The notes under the pieces: generated by a model
The model's input: the letters and a program-made list of their open reading frames with translations, nothing else
What the model was told of the DNA's origin: nothing
Databases searched by the model: none
Position numbers and translations under genes: made by a program
Part shown: piece by piece, positions 20,293 to 28,145 of the stretch
Position numbering within the stretch: position 1 is the stretch's first letter
Layout: the number at the start of each line of letters is the position of its first letter
Source of the DNA: Ilumatobacteraceae bacterium
GTDB lineage: Bacteria > Actinomycetota > Acidimicrobiia > Acidimicrobiales > Ilumatobacteraceae
Assembly: GCA_963793335.1 (NCBI GenBank)
Contig: CAWBZS010000012.1
Coordinates: forward strand, 31,428-95,427
Reading direction: 5' to 3'
Length of the DNA stretch: 64,000 nucleotides

Positions 20293-21770
20293 GGGTGCGC
20301 CTCCAGCGCGGTCGCCGCGACGGAGCGGTCGTCGAATTCGAACACGTCGTCACCGATCTCCTGGATTCGTTCATGGCCCTTGCCCGCGATCACCACGACA
20401 TCGCCCGCCTGCGCCGATGCAATCGCATCGACGATCGCCATTCGACGGTCGATCACCGCATCCACGCAGTCACGATCGGACGATGCGATTCCGGCGAGGA
20501 TCTCGTCGATGATCGCTGCCGGGTCCTCATGTCGCGGATTGTCTGAGGTGACGACGACACGATCGGCGTACCGTGCGGCCACCGCACCCATCTCCGGCCG
20601 TTTGGCCCGGTCGCGCTGTCCTCCGCAACCGAACACAGCAACCAGGGCTCCGCCCGGACCGACCTGATGGCGTGCCGATTCGAGCACGCTGGCCAGACCG
20701 TCGGGTGTATGCGCGTAGTCGACCACCACGGTCACGTTCCGCTTGCGTGCCGCGTCGTGGTCGATCACCTCGAACCGGCCCGGGACGGTTTCGAGCTGCC
20801 CGAGGCCGCGTACGGCAACATCTTCGGAGATGCCCAGCTCGACCGCAGTGGTCAACGCTGCGAGTGAATTCGACACGTTGAAGTCGCCACCGATCGGCAC
20901 ATCCACGTGGTGCCCTCGCCACCGATAGCGATGCGAGGCCGACTCGATTTCGAGGTCGCTGAGTTCATCGACCGAGTACGAGACGACTCGGATGTCGTCA
21001 CCAGAGGCGTCGACGATCAGTCGTCCGTATCGGTCGTCCGCATTCACGATGGCAAGCGGAGCAAATGCGGCATCGAAGAGTCGGGCCTTGGCCCGGAAGT
21101 ACTCCTCATGCGACCCGTGGAGGTCGAGGTGGTCGTGGCCGAGATTGGTGAACACCACTGCATCGAACTCGGTTCCGTCGACGCGATGCAACGCCAGGGC
21201 GTGCGACGACACCTCCAAGACTGCGGCGCGGCGCCCCGCATCTGCGAACGATCGGAGGGTGCGCTGCAGCTCCGTTGCCTCGGGCGTGGTGCGCGGTCCG
21301 TGGAGCGTGCCGACCACACCACAGGACAGACCAGCGGTCTCGAAGATTGCCGTCAGCATCGCAGCCGTGGTCGTCTTGCCATTCGTTCCCGTGATGCCGA
21401 CCGTGGTGAGCTCGCGGCTGGGATGCCCGGCCACGGCGGCGGCGATCGGACCGGCGCGGAGTCTGGTGTCATCCACCACGATCTGGGCGACATCGCCGAC
21501 CTCGTCGAGTTCGTGGTCGACCAACAGCGCGACGGCTCCGGCCTCGACAGCGGATCGAGCGAAATCGTGTCCGTCGAAGGTGTCCCCTCGGAGGCACACG
21601 TACAGCGACCCTGCGACGACAGCACGCGAGTCGTGGACGGCGGAACCGATGTCGATGCCGGCCCCGATGATCTCGTCGAGGCCCGCGAGCCCGTCGACGC
21701 CCGAAGCCGTGGGGGCTGGACGCGCCGTCGCAGATCCGGTGTGATCGTTCGTCATGTGATCATCCTGCAT
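20289..21770 (-). CDS. murE: UDP-N-acetylmuramoyl-L-alanyl-D-glutamate--2,6-diaminopimelate ligase
   Basis: Motifs GITGTNGKTTTA, LEVSSHALALHR, FTNLGHDHLDLH, VVDYAHTPDGL, FGCGGQRDRAKRPEMG and the DAP-specific TSDNPRHEDP. It lacks MurF hallmarks (DAYNANP, MLELG). An alternative ATG lies at 21755. Confidence 0.85.
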   Translation of the reverse strand: MQDDHMTNDHTGSATARPAPTASGVDGLAGLDEIIGAGIDIGSAVHDSRAVVAGSLYVCLRGDTFDGHDFARSAVEAGAVALLVDHELDEVGDVAQIVVDDTRLRAGPIAAAVAGHPSRELTTVGITGTNGKTTTAAMLTAIFETAGLSCGVVGTLHGPRTTPEATELQRTLRSFADAGRRAAVLEVSSHALALHRVDGTEFDAVVFTNLGHDHLDLHGSHEEYFRAKARLFDAAFAPLAIVNADDRYGRLIVDASGDDIRVVSYSVDELSDLEIESASHRYRWRGHHVDVPIGGDFNVSNSLAALTTAVELGISEDVAVRGLGQLETVPGRFEVIDHDAARKRNVTVVVDYAHTPDGLASVLESARHQVGPGGALVAVFGCGGQRDRAKRPEMGAVAARYADRVVVTSDNPRHEDPAAIIDEILAGIASSDRDCVDAVIDRRMAIVDAIASAQAGDVVVIAGKGHERIQEIGDDVFEFDDRSVAATALEAHP

Positions 21771-23832
21771 CGGGGCACGCCGCTTCCCCTGGCGTCGGAC
21801 GAATGTCCAACTCGTGGATCAACGTCGGTGCGAGTTCGGCGAACACGGGTGCCGATGCTGTTCCGCCGAACCGGTCGCCGGTCCCCGCCGGCGGTTCGTC
21901 GACCGAGACGAGGACGGTCACCTGCGGGTCATCTGCGGGGAAGAACCCGACGAAGCTCGCGTAGTAGACGCGGTTGCCGTCGTCGTCGAAGTACGTGCCG
22001 TTGTCGGCGGCCTTGAACGCCGTACCGGTCTTGCCGGCGATCGGCAGGCCGTCGACCTGTGCTCGCTTCGCCGTACCGCGACAGACGACGGTGCGCATCA
22101 TCGCGGTCGTCTGCTGCGCAGCGGTCTCGGTGATCACCCGGCGCGACGTCGACGGGTCGGTGTCGGTGATCTCACCGTCGGCATCGACGATCGACCGCAC
22201 CAGCTTCGGAGCGACATAGACCCCACCGTTGGCAATCGTGTTGACGGCCGCGACCAGCTGCACCGACGTGCTCGACACGCCCTGACCGTACGAGACCGTG
22301 ACCCGCTCCGATCCTTGGAGGTCTTCTGCCTCTTTCAAGATGCCGGGCGACTCAGCGGGGAAGTCGAGCGCCGACTTCGAACCGAGCCCGAAGTCGGCCA
22401 TGAAGTCGCGGTGACGCTCGTACCCCATCTCCTGTTGGACGAAGATCGTCCCGATGTTCGACGATTCGGCCAGGATCTGTGCAACGCTCATCCACTCGTC
22501 GGGGTGTTGATGGGAGTCCGTGAGCGTGACACCGTAGAACTCCTTCGCCCAGGGGACGACATAGGACGACTCGGGGGTGACCAATTCGTCGCTGAGCGCA
22601 CTCGCGATGGTGATCACCTTGGCGACCGATCCCGGCTCGTAGGCGTCCACCGCTGCGTAGTTGCCCGAGGTCACGGCGTAGCCGCCGTTCTCGTCGTCGC
22701 GCCGCACCGAGGCCATGGCGTAGATCTCTCCGGTCTCGGTGTCCATTGCGATCGCCGTCGCTCCTCGTGCACCGATCTCGGCAACCTTCTCCAGGAGGAC
22801 CTGTTCGGTGGAGAACTGGACCGAGCGGTCGAGTGTGAGCACCAGGTCGTTGCCGGGGACCGGAGCCTCGATCACCGTCTCCGATCCGGGGATCGAGCGA
22901 CCGGCCGGAGCGACCTCTCGTCGCATCGACCCCTCGGCCCCGGCGAGGAGCTCGTCGAACTGCAATTCGAGACCGGAGATGCCGACCCCATCGATGTTGG
23001 TTCGTCCGACCACGCTGCGACCGGTGTCGCCTCCTGGCATTTCTCGCCGGCTCTCGCGATCGACGTTGACGCCTGCCAACCCCAGCTCGGCGAGCTGGTC
23101 ACCGATGCCGGCGTCGGCCTGACGGGCAACGAACACGAACCCGCGGTCCTTCGCATCCACTTCTGCCGCGAGTTCGGCGACCTTCTCGTCGGAGAGGTCG
23201 AGCATGTCGTCGAGCAACTGCAGCGTGGCTTCGCCATTCTCGATCAGAAGCGGGTTGATCGAGATCGTCGCGGCGGGCACGGACATCGACAGCTCGTCGC
23301 CGTTCCGGTCGAAGACCGCACCGCGTTGCCCCGGCAGCGGGACCGTCCTGGTCCACTGATCTGCCGCTGCGGAGCGCAGCGTTGCCGCCTCGGTGGTCTG
23401 CAGGAACGCCACGCGCACCACGATCGCCGCCATCAGGATCGCGATCAGTGCCAACGCGGCGATCAGCCGGCGACGTGGCGACCCAGCCCGAAAGCGCGCC
23501 GTCTTCACCTGCGGTGGTGTTGCCTTGACGCGCTTCGCCTTCGCCGGGGCGCTGGCCGGTGTGCGCTGTCGATTGCGGGGCGCCCGCTCGCGAGATTCGA
23601 GATGGCGATTTCGAGGCGGTTGCCGCCGGTCCGTGCCGTCCGACACCCGACGGGTCGAGGAGCGGCGCGCCGTGTCGCGCGTTCGCGATCGGGCGTCGAC
23701 CTTCGAGGGCTTCGACGGCGGCACCCTTCGCTTCATTGCGGTCGTGGGAGCAGTCGCTGCCGTCGTCGACGACGATCCGTGTCGCCGGGATCCGGCCCCG
23801 GACCGGTGCGACCGCGTGGTCGTCGGCTTCAT
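21760..23832 (-). CDS. ftsI: class B penicillin-binding protein (FtsI-type transpeptidase) with an Arg-rich cytoplasmic N-terminal tail of about 115 aa
   Basis: Transpeptidase motifs SVAK (SxxK), SSN (SxN) and KTGT. There is a single TM, LIAALALIAILMAAIVV. The ATG at 23830-23832 overlaps the ftsL stop (ATGA). Confidence 0.85.
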   Translation of the reverse strand: MKPTTTRSHRSGAGSRRHGSSSTTAATAPTTAMKRRVPPSKPSKVDARSRTRDTARRSSTRRVSDGTDRRQPPRNRHLESRERAPRNRQRTPASAPAKAKRVKATPPQVKTARFRAGSPRRRLIAALALIAILMAAIVVRVAFLQTTEAATLRSAAADQWTRTVPLPGQRGAVFDRNGDELSMSVPAATISINPLLIENGEATLQLLDDMLDLSDEKVAELAAEVDAKDRGFVFVARQADAGIGDQLAELGLAGVNVDRESRREMPGGDTGRSVVGRTNIDGVGISGLELQFDELLAGAEGSMRREVAPAGRSIPGSETVIEAPVPGNDLVLTLDRSVQFSTEQVLLEKVAEIGARGATAIAMDTETGEIYAMASVRRDDENGGYAVTSGNYAAVDAYEPGSVAKVITIASALSDELVTPESSYVVPWAKEFYGVTLTDSHQHPDEWMSVAQILAESSNIGTIFVQQEMGYERHRDFMADFGLGSKSALDFPAESPGILKEAEDLQGSERVTVSYGQGVSSTSVQLVAAVNTIANGGVYVAPKLVRSIVDADGEITDTDPSTSRRVITETAAQQTTAMMRTVVCRGTAKRAQVDGLPIAGKTGTAFKAADNGTYFDDDGNRVYYASFVGFFPADDPQVTVLVSVDEPPAGTGDRFGGTASAPVFAELAPTLIHELDIRPTPGEAACPDAG

Positions 23833-24323
23833 CGTTCACTCCCTGAGACGCTCTTGACCGCTCTGAACTGCTCGAGCGGGTCGGTCGCGACCACGATCTG
23901 GACGGCGTCGTCCCCCAGTGGCCCGGCGGCGGCGATCTGACGGGCGAGGGCGGAGGGCTCGAGCGCGACGAACGTCGTCACGCTGCCGCGGGACATCCCC
24001 AACTCGCCGGCGGCCGCTGCCAACCGGACAGGAGACCGGAGCTCTGCGCGCTCGTATCGCAGATCGTCGAAGCGCTCGCGTTCGACCGACAGTTGTCGGT
24101 CGAGTCGATCGAGTTCCAGCTGACGTTCGGCGAGTTGCGTGTGGAAGACCGCCGTTCCGAGCAGGCCGATGAACACGACGGACCACGCCAAGCCGGCCAG
24201 CAGTGCGGGCCAACGTCGATGACGTGTCACCAACTCGAGTGAGGGGCGCGAACGCTCCGCTGCCTGAGTTCGCAACAGCTGGGTGCGCTCACCGAGATCG
24301 CGCAGCGAGGGAAGGGCCGCCAT
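23829..24323 (-). CDS. ftsL: FtsL-like cell division protein (single TM plus coiled coil)
   Basis: Positioned between rsmH and ftsI. TM segment WPALLAGLAWSVVFIGLLGTAVF is followed by the heptad-like LAERQLELDRLDRQLSVERERFDDLRYERAELRS. Confidence 0.55.
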   Translation of the reverse strand: MAALPSLRDLGERTQLLRTQAAERSRPSLELVTRHRRWPALLAGLAWSVVFIGLLGTAVFHTQLAERQLELDRLDRQLSVERERFDDLRYERAELRSPVRLAAAAGELGMSRGSVTTFVALEPSALARQIAAAGPLGDDAVQIVVATDPLEQFRAVKSVSGSER

Positions 24324-25291
24324 CAGAATCCGCTCCGTTCACTCTTGGGTGTGGCTTCGATGCGCTCGACGACTCGCAGACGCGCTGACGCGGCCCGACG
24401 ATTGGCGCTTCGCTCGCGCTCGTCCACGCGCTTCGGAACCCCACGGACCAGGCGCACCGTCTGGATGGCGCCGCACACACAGGGCAGGTCGTCAGGACAC
24501 TCGCAGTCGCCCGCTGCGACAGCGAATCGCCGCTTCACGATGCGATCCTCACCGGAGTGGTACGACAGCACGGCGATGCGACCGCCCGGGCTGGTCGCGA
24601 TGATCGCTTGATCGAGCGCCTCGGGCAGTGCGCCGAGTTCGTCGTTGACCTCGATCCGGATCGCCTGGAAGGTCCGCTTCGCGGGATGTCCACCGGTGCG
24701 TCGAGCGGCCGCCGGTATTGCCGCGGTCACGATCGCAGCGAGTTCGGTCGTGCTCTGGATCGGTCGGGCCGAGCAGATCGCTCTGGCGATACGACGGGCG
24801 AAACGTTCGTCGCCGTACTGCTTGATGAGCCGACCGAGCTGTGCCTCGCTGTAGCCATTGACCACATCGTTTGCCGACCAGCTCTGATCGGAATCCATCC
24901 GCATGTCGAGTGGTCCGTCGTGCTGGTACGAGAAGCCCCGGTCACCGCGATCGAGCTGCGGGGATGACACGCCGAGGTCGAACAGCACCCCGCTGACCTC
25001 GTCGAGTCCGTTCGACGCCAGCGCCTCGTCGAGCTGGTCGAAGCGGCACCGGCAGGTGGCGAATCGGTCGTGGTACTCGGCCAGGCGGGCGGTGGCCGCC
25101 GCGATGGCGTCGGCATCCTGATCGATCCCGAGGACTGCGAGGTCGTCGCGGGATCGCAGCAGCGACGCACTGTGGCCACCGCCGCCCAACGTTGCATCGA
25201 CGATCGTGCCGGCAGGAACCGCCGCGAAGATGCTGGTGATCTCGTCGACCATGACGGGTCGGTGCTCGAACTGCTCGTGCACCGACGTCAC
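24323..25291 (-). CDS. rsmH: 16S rRNA (cytosine1402-N4)-methyltransferase
   Basis: Motifs HRPVMVDE, DATLGGGGHS, DLGVSSPQLD and SYHSGEDRIVK. The GTG start overlaps the mraZ stop. Confidence 0.95.
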   Translation of the reverse strand: MTSVHEQFEHRPVMVDEITSIFAAVPAGTIVDATLGGGGHSASLLRSRDDLAVLGIDQDADAIAAATARLAEYHDRFATCRCRFDQLDEALASNGLDEVSGVLFDLGVSSPQLDRGDRGFSYQHDGPLDMRMDSDQSWSANDVVNGYSEAQLGRLIKQYGDERFARRIARAICSARPIQSTTELAAIVTAAIPAAARRTGGHPAKRTFQAIRIEVNDELGALPEALDQAIIATSPGGRIAVLSYHSGEDRIVKRRFAVAAGDCECPDDLPCVCGAIQTVRLVRGVPKRVDERERSANRRAASARLRVVERIEATPKSERSGF

Positions 25292-25746
25292 CGGCTGCCT
25301 CCGGCGATCTCATGCTGGCCCGCCGCTTCGTTCATCCGAAACGCGGTCGGGTCCCAGAGCTCGACTTGATCGAGGTTGCCGAGCACGACCACCGCTGCCT
25401 GAGGTTCCAGCGATGCGTGTTCGCGGAGCCGAGCATCGAGCGTGACCCGACCCTGCTTGTCGATCGTCGCCTCACTGGCCGACGAGGCGAAGGCTCGCTG
25501 ACGGTTGCGTGAGATCTCTCCCCGCTTCGCCTTGGCCACCATCTCGGCCGCCTCGGCCTCGAACGAGTCGACGCTGCGGATGCTGACACAGCCGTCGTCA
25601 CCGAAGAACAGGTAGCAGTGGTCGCCGAGGACGCCACGGTACGACGCTGGCAATGCCACTCGCCCCCGTTCGTCGAGCTGTCGCTCGTAGACCCCGACAA
25701 ACACGCGTCGCGTCCCTCTTGCTTTCTGCCTCGGTTCCCGCGTCAT
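25288..25746 (-). CDS. mraZ: transcriptional regulator MraZ
   Basis: Two SpoVT/AbrB-type halves: QLDERGRVALPASYR and IDKQGRVTLDARLRE. The ATG at 25744-25746 is the most upstream credible start. The GTG at 25702-25704 (VFVGVYERQLD) fits the usual MraZ N-terminus better. The ORF-track start at 25950 would read through the operator-like repeats. Confidence 0.85.
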   Translation of the reverse strand: MTREPRQKARGTRRVFVGVYERQLDERGRVALPASYRGVLGDHCYLFFGDDGCVSIRSVDSFEAEAAEMVAKAKRGEISRNRQRAFASSASEATIDKQGRVTLDARLREHASLEPQAAVVVLGNLDQVELWDPTAFRMNEAAGQHEIAGGSR

Positions 25747-25775
25747 GCCTGCCGTGCTGAGAACGCGGGAGTCCT

Positions 25776-25842
25776 CCCCAGCGATCCCCATTGTTCCCCC
25801 AATTGTCCCCAATGTCAACCATTTGCCCCCATTTCTCTCCCA
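25776..25842 (-). promoter_or_regulatory. array of seven TGGGG-type direct repeats phased at 10-11 bp upstream of mraZ (candidate MraZ operator / dcw promoter region)
   Basis: The minus strand reads TGGGAGAGAAA TGGGGGCAAA TGGTTGACAT TGGGGACAAT TGGGGGAACAA TGGGGATCGC TGGGGAGGAC. The plus-strand CCCCA boxes end at 25780, 25790, 25801, 25811, 25821 (degenerate), 25831 and 25842. Confidence 0.6.
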
Positions 25843-26000
25843 CATGTTCCCTGAGCGCCCCATCTGGCGCCACCAGCGGGCACGCCGGTTGATCCCGCGT
25901 GCGACGACGGTGGAACCGGACCCATGGCGAATGGCGATCGAGTGTGTCACGCTGTGCTGACGCCCGGGGACTGTCGGGCCAGCGACGAGAGTGGGGGATC

Positions 26001-26795
26001 ATGACCAGCTATCCAGTGGGCTACGGAAGAGCGACGGTGTCGTTTGCCGAGTTGAAACGGCGCTACTCCGGCGGGATGGAGCCGGAATACGCACGGCGGT
26101 TGTTCGCATGGATCGCGAGCAAGGACGGCGCGATTGGCATCGGCTCGGCGTCACGCCCCACTCCGCATCACGTCAGCCGGGCTTCGCGAGAGGGAAAGAG
26201 TTTCCATCAGCTCCAGACGTTCGGCGACGGACAGAAGTTTTTCTCCGCGGTCGACCTGGTCCACGTCAATCCTGGTGGCGTGCATCGTGCGCCGCAGTGG
26301 TCGGAGTCGATCGAGCAGGACTCGGCAGCGGCCCGGACGTGGGGCGTGCACTGCAACGTGCAACGACCGTCGGAACCGTGGCACATGCAGCCGATCGAGA
26401 TCGACGGCTACCAGTCGTGGGTGAACAACGGCCGCCCTCGGCCCGAGGCGAACCGCACGGTGCCCGGCAATCCGCCGCGGGTCAGCCAACCCAAACCCGT
26501 CGCCGGCGACCTCGGCATCTTCGATCCGAACCGGAGCGAATATGGGTTGTTCCCGGTCAAGGCCCCCAAGGACGAGGTCGACCGCGCGCTCACGCCGCGC
26601 CCCAACGACCTCGTTCGCTACGTGCAGGGGGTGCTGACCAACCAGTGCAACCTGGCGGGCATCGACATCGACGGATACTTCGGCGACATCACCGAGGGCG
26701 GCGTGAAGTCCGTGCAGCGATGGAACGGGCTCGAAGCGCACGGTCGTGTCGACGCGGCCACGTGGGCCGCCATCGACGCGTACGCGGACATCTGA
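26001..26795 (+). CDS. peptidoglycan-binding domain protein with a putative M15-type (VanY/endolysin-like) zinc peptidase N-domain; no signal peptide seen
   Basis: The C-terminus NDLVRYVQGVLTNQCNLAGIDIDGYFGDITEGGVKSVQRWNGLEAHGRVDAATWAAI is a PG_binding_1-type repeat. The N-domain has SFHQLQTF...SAVDLV and SEPWHMQP, resembling the M15 H...D / E-x-W-H zinc site; this part is tentative. The ATG at 26001 is preceded by GAGAGTGGGGGA. Confidence 0.6.
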   Translation: MTSYPVGYGRATVSFAELKRRYSGGMEPEYARRLFAWIASKDGAIGIGSASRPTPHHVSRASREGKSFHQLQTFGDGQKFFSAVDLVHVNPGGVHRAPQWSESIEQDSAAARTWGVHCNVQRPSEPWHMQPIEIDGYQSWVNNGRPRPEANRTVPGNPPRVSQPKPVAGDLGIFDPNRSEYGLFPVKAPKDEVDRALTPRPNDLVRYVQGVLTNQCNLAGIDIDGYFGDITEGGVKSVQRWNGLEAHGRVDAATWAAIDAYADI

Positions 26796-26819
26796 GTTCG
26801 AGCCGAACGGCACCGCGCC

Positions 26820-28043
26820 ATGCCCCAGTCCTTCACCGAGACGGAGTGGACAGCGATCCACGAGCTGCTGGAGAGCGGTGGCACCGACTTCGGCCTGCCC
26901 GAACCGCGGGCCGGGTCGGTGATGCTGTGCTCCTTCAACATCCGCAAGCTCGGCCGGGTCGAGAGCAAGAGCCCCGATGCGTGGCGGATGCTCGCGACGA
27001 TGTGCGCCCCATTCGATCTGATCGCGATCCAGGAGGTGCAGGACGACCTCAGCGGTCTGCGCCACCTGAAGGCGCTGCTCGGCGACGCCGACTGGGGGCT
27101 GGTGTGCTCGGACATCACCGGTGGCACTCCGGGAAGTGACTCGCCGACCGAACGTCTCGCCTTCCTGTTCCGGTGGGCGCGCGTCGAGCGCACCGAGGTC
27201 GCGTCCGACATCAGCTTCGACCGTTCCGATGTGCTCGGCACGCTCTACGAGGGTCGGCTCGACTTCTGGGCCGCCTTCGACCAATTCACCAACGACCAAG
27301 GTGCGTGGACGACCGAGACCGCCGCACGCAGAGCGCAGGGAAGGCGACCGCGGCGCAAACCGGCACTGCGGACCCCCGACTTCGTGACGTTCATTCGCCA
27401 GCCGCTCTGTGTCAGTTTCCGGGTGCCCGGCGCCCCCGACGCCGCCCCCTACGAGTTCCTTGCCGTCAACGCGCATCTGCTCTACGGCAGATACAAGAGC
27501 GAGCGCTGGTTCGAGTTCAAGGCGCTCGTTGGCTGGTTGGTCGAGCGGGCGAAGCAGGCCGACCGCATGTACCACCCGAACATCATCCTGCTCGGTGACT
27601 GCAACTTCGACCTCGAGAACGTGGAGCGGCGCCGACAGGACGTCGACGACCTCATCAAGTCGATCAATGGTGATCAGCTGAGCAGCAGGAACGCAGCCAA
27701 GGTCAACTTCCCGTTCCTCGACGCCCACCCGGCGTCGCCGACGGGTGACGTCTTTCGCACGAACGCACGGGTGAGCCAGACGTACGACCAGATCGGCCTC
27801 GTCGTCCACGACGATCGCCTGCCGACACACGAAGCCAACGCCACCGCCGGGGCGACCGCCGACGGATTCGACTACGGCGTGGTCAACTTCGTCGACCTGT
27901 TCGCGCAGGCACTGCATCAGCGCGGCCACGAGCACCTGACCAAGCGCGAGCGAAACGACCTCTACAGGAAGTTCGAGCACGATCTCACCGACCACATGCC
28001 GATCTGGATCCGGCTGCCGGTGCCCACTCCCCACGGCGGTTAG
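26820..28043 (+). CDS. endonuclease/exonuclease/phosphatase (EEP, DNase I-like) family protein
   Basis: The ordered EEP catalytic motifs are all present: CSFNIRKLG, LIAIQEVQD, LAVNAHLLYG, LLGDCNFDL and LTDHMPIWIRL. No N-terminal signal peptide or TM is visible. Confidence 0.8.
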   Translation: MPQSFTETEWTAIHELLESGGTDFGLPEPRAGSVMLCSFNIRKLGRVESKSPDAWRMLATMCAPFDLIAIQEVQDDLSGLRHLKALLGDADWGLVCSDITGGTPGSDSPTERLAFLFRWARVERTEVASDISFDRSDVLGTLYEGRLDFWAAFDQFTNDQGAWTTETAARRAQGRRPRRKPALRTPDFVTFIRQPLCVSFRVPGAPDAAPYEFLAVNAHLLYGRYKSERWFEFKALVGWLVERAKQADRMYHPNIILLGDCNFDLENVERRRQDVDDLIKSINGDQLSSRNAAKVNFPFLDAHPASPTGDVFRTNARVSQTYDQIGLVVHDDRLPTHEANATAGATADGFDYGVVNFVDLFAQALHQRGHEHLTKRERNDLYRKFEHDLTDHMPIWIRLPVPTPHGG

Positions 28044-28054
28044 ACGCCCAGCGG

Positions 28055-28084
28055 CCGGCGCCCCGAACGAGGCGCTGGCGCCGG
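28055..28084 (+). terminator. possible stem-loop downstream of the EEP gene
   Basis: CCGGCGCC (28055-28062) is perfectly complementary to GGCGCCGG (28077-28084), with a 14-nt loop. It lies 12 nt after the TAG stop. There is no U-tract. Confidence 0.25.
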
Positions 28085-28145
28085 ACCCCAGCGGTCACTA
28101 GGGTGCGCCGAGCGCCGCATCGGTGGCGGTGGAGGGGGTTCCACG

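Noticed and set aside
20289-21770. Calling this ligase MurF because it directly precedes mraY.
   Set aside because: It has the MurE-specific DNPR motif and the EVSSHAL and FGCGGxRDxxKRPxMG blocks, and none of the MurF hallmarks I know (DAYNANP, MLELG).
25747-25950. The extended MraZ N-terminus (ORF-track start 25950), and likewise the extended start 25899 for the plus-strand neighbour.
   Set aside because: The extensions have no MraZ similarity and translate the phased TGGGG boxes. The divergent extensions would also overlap each other. ATG 25746 (or GTG 25704) and ATG 26001 (with an RBS) fit better.
25850-26000. A possible cyclic-di-AMP (ydaO-type) riboswitch upstream of the PG-binding hydrolase gene. 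Actinobacterial wall hydrolase genes often carry one.
   Set aside because: I found only loose resemblances (CGGACCCAUGG, CCCGGGGAC, CCAGCGAC). I could not assemble the conserved pseudo-symmetric helices or core motifs. It needs an Rfam RF00379 cmscan and is not supportable by eye.
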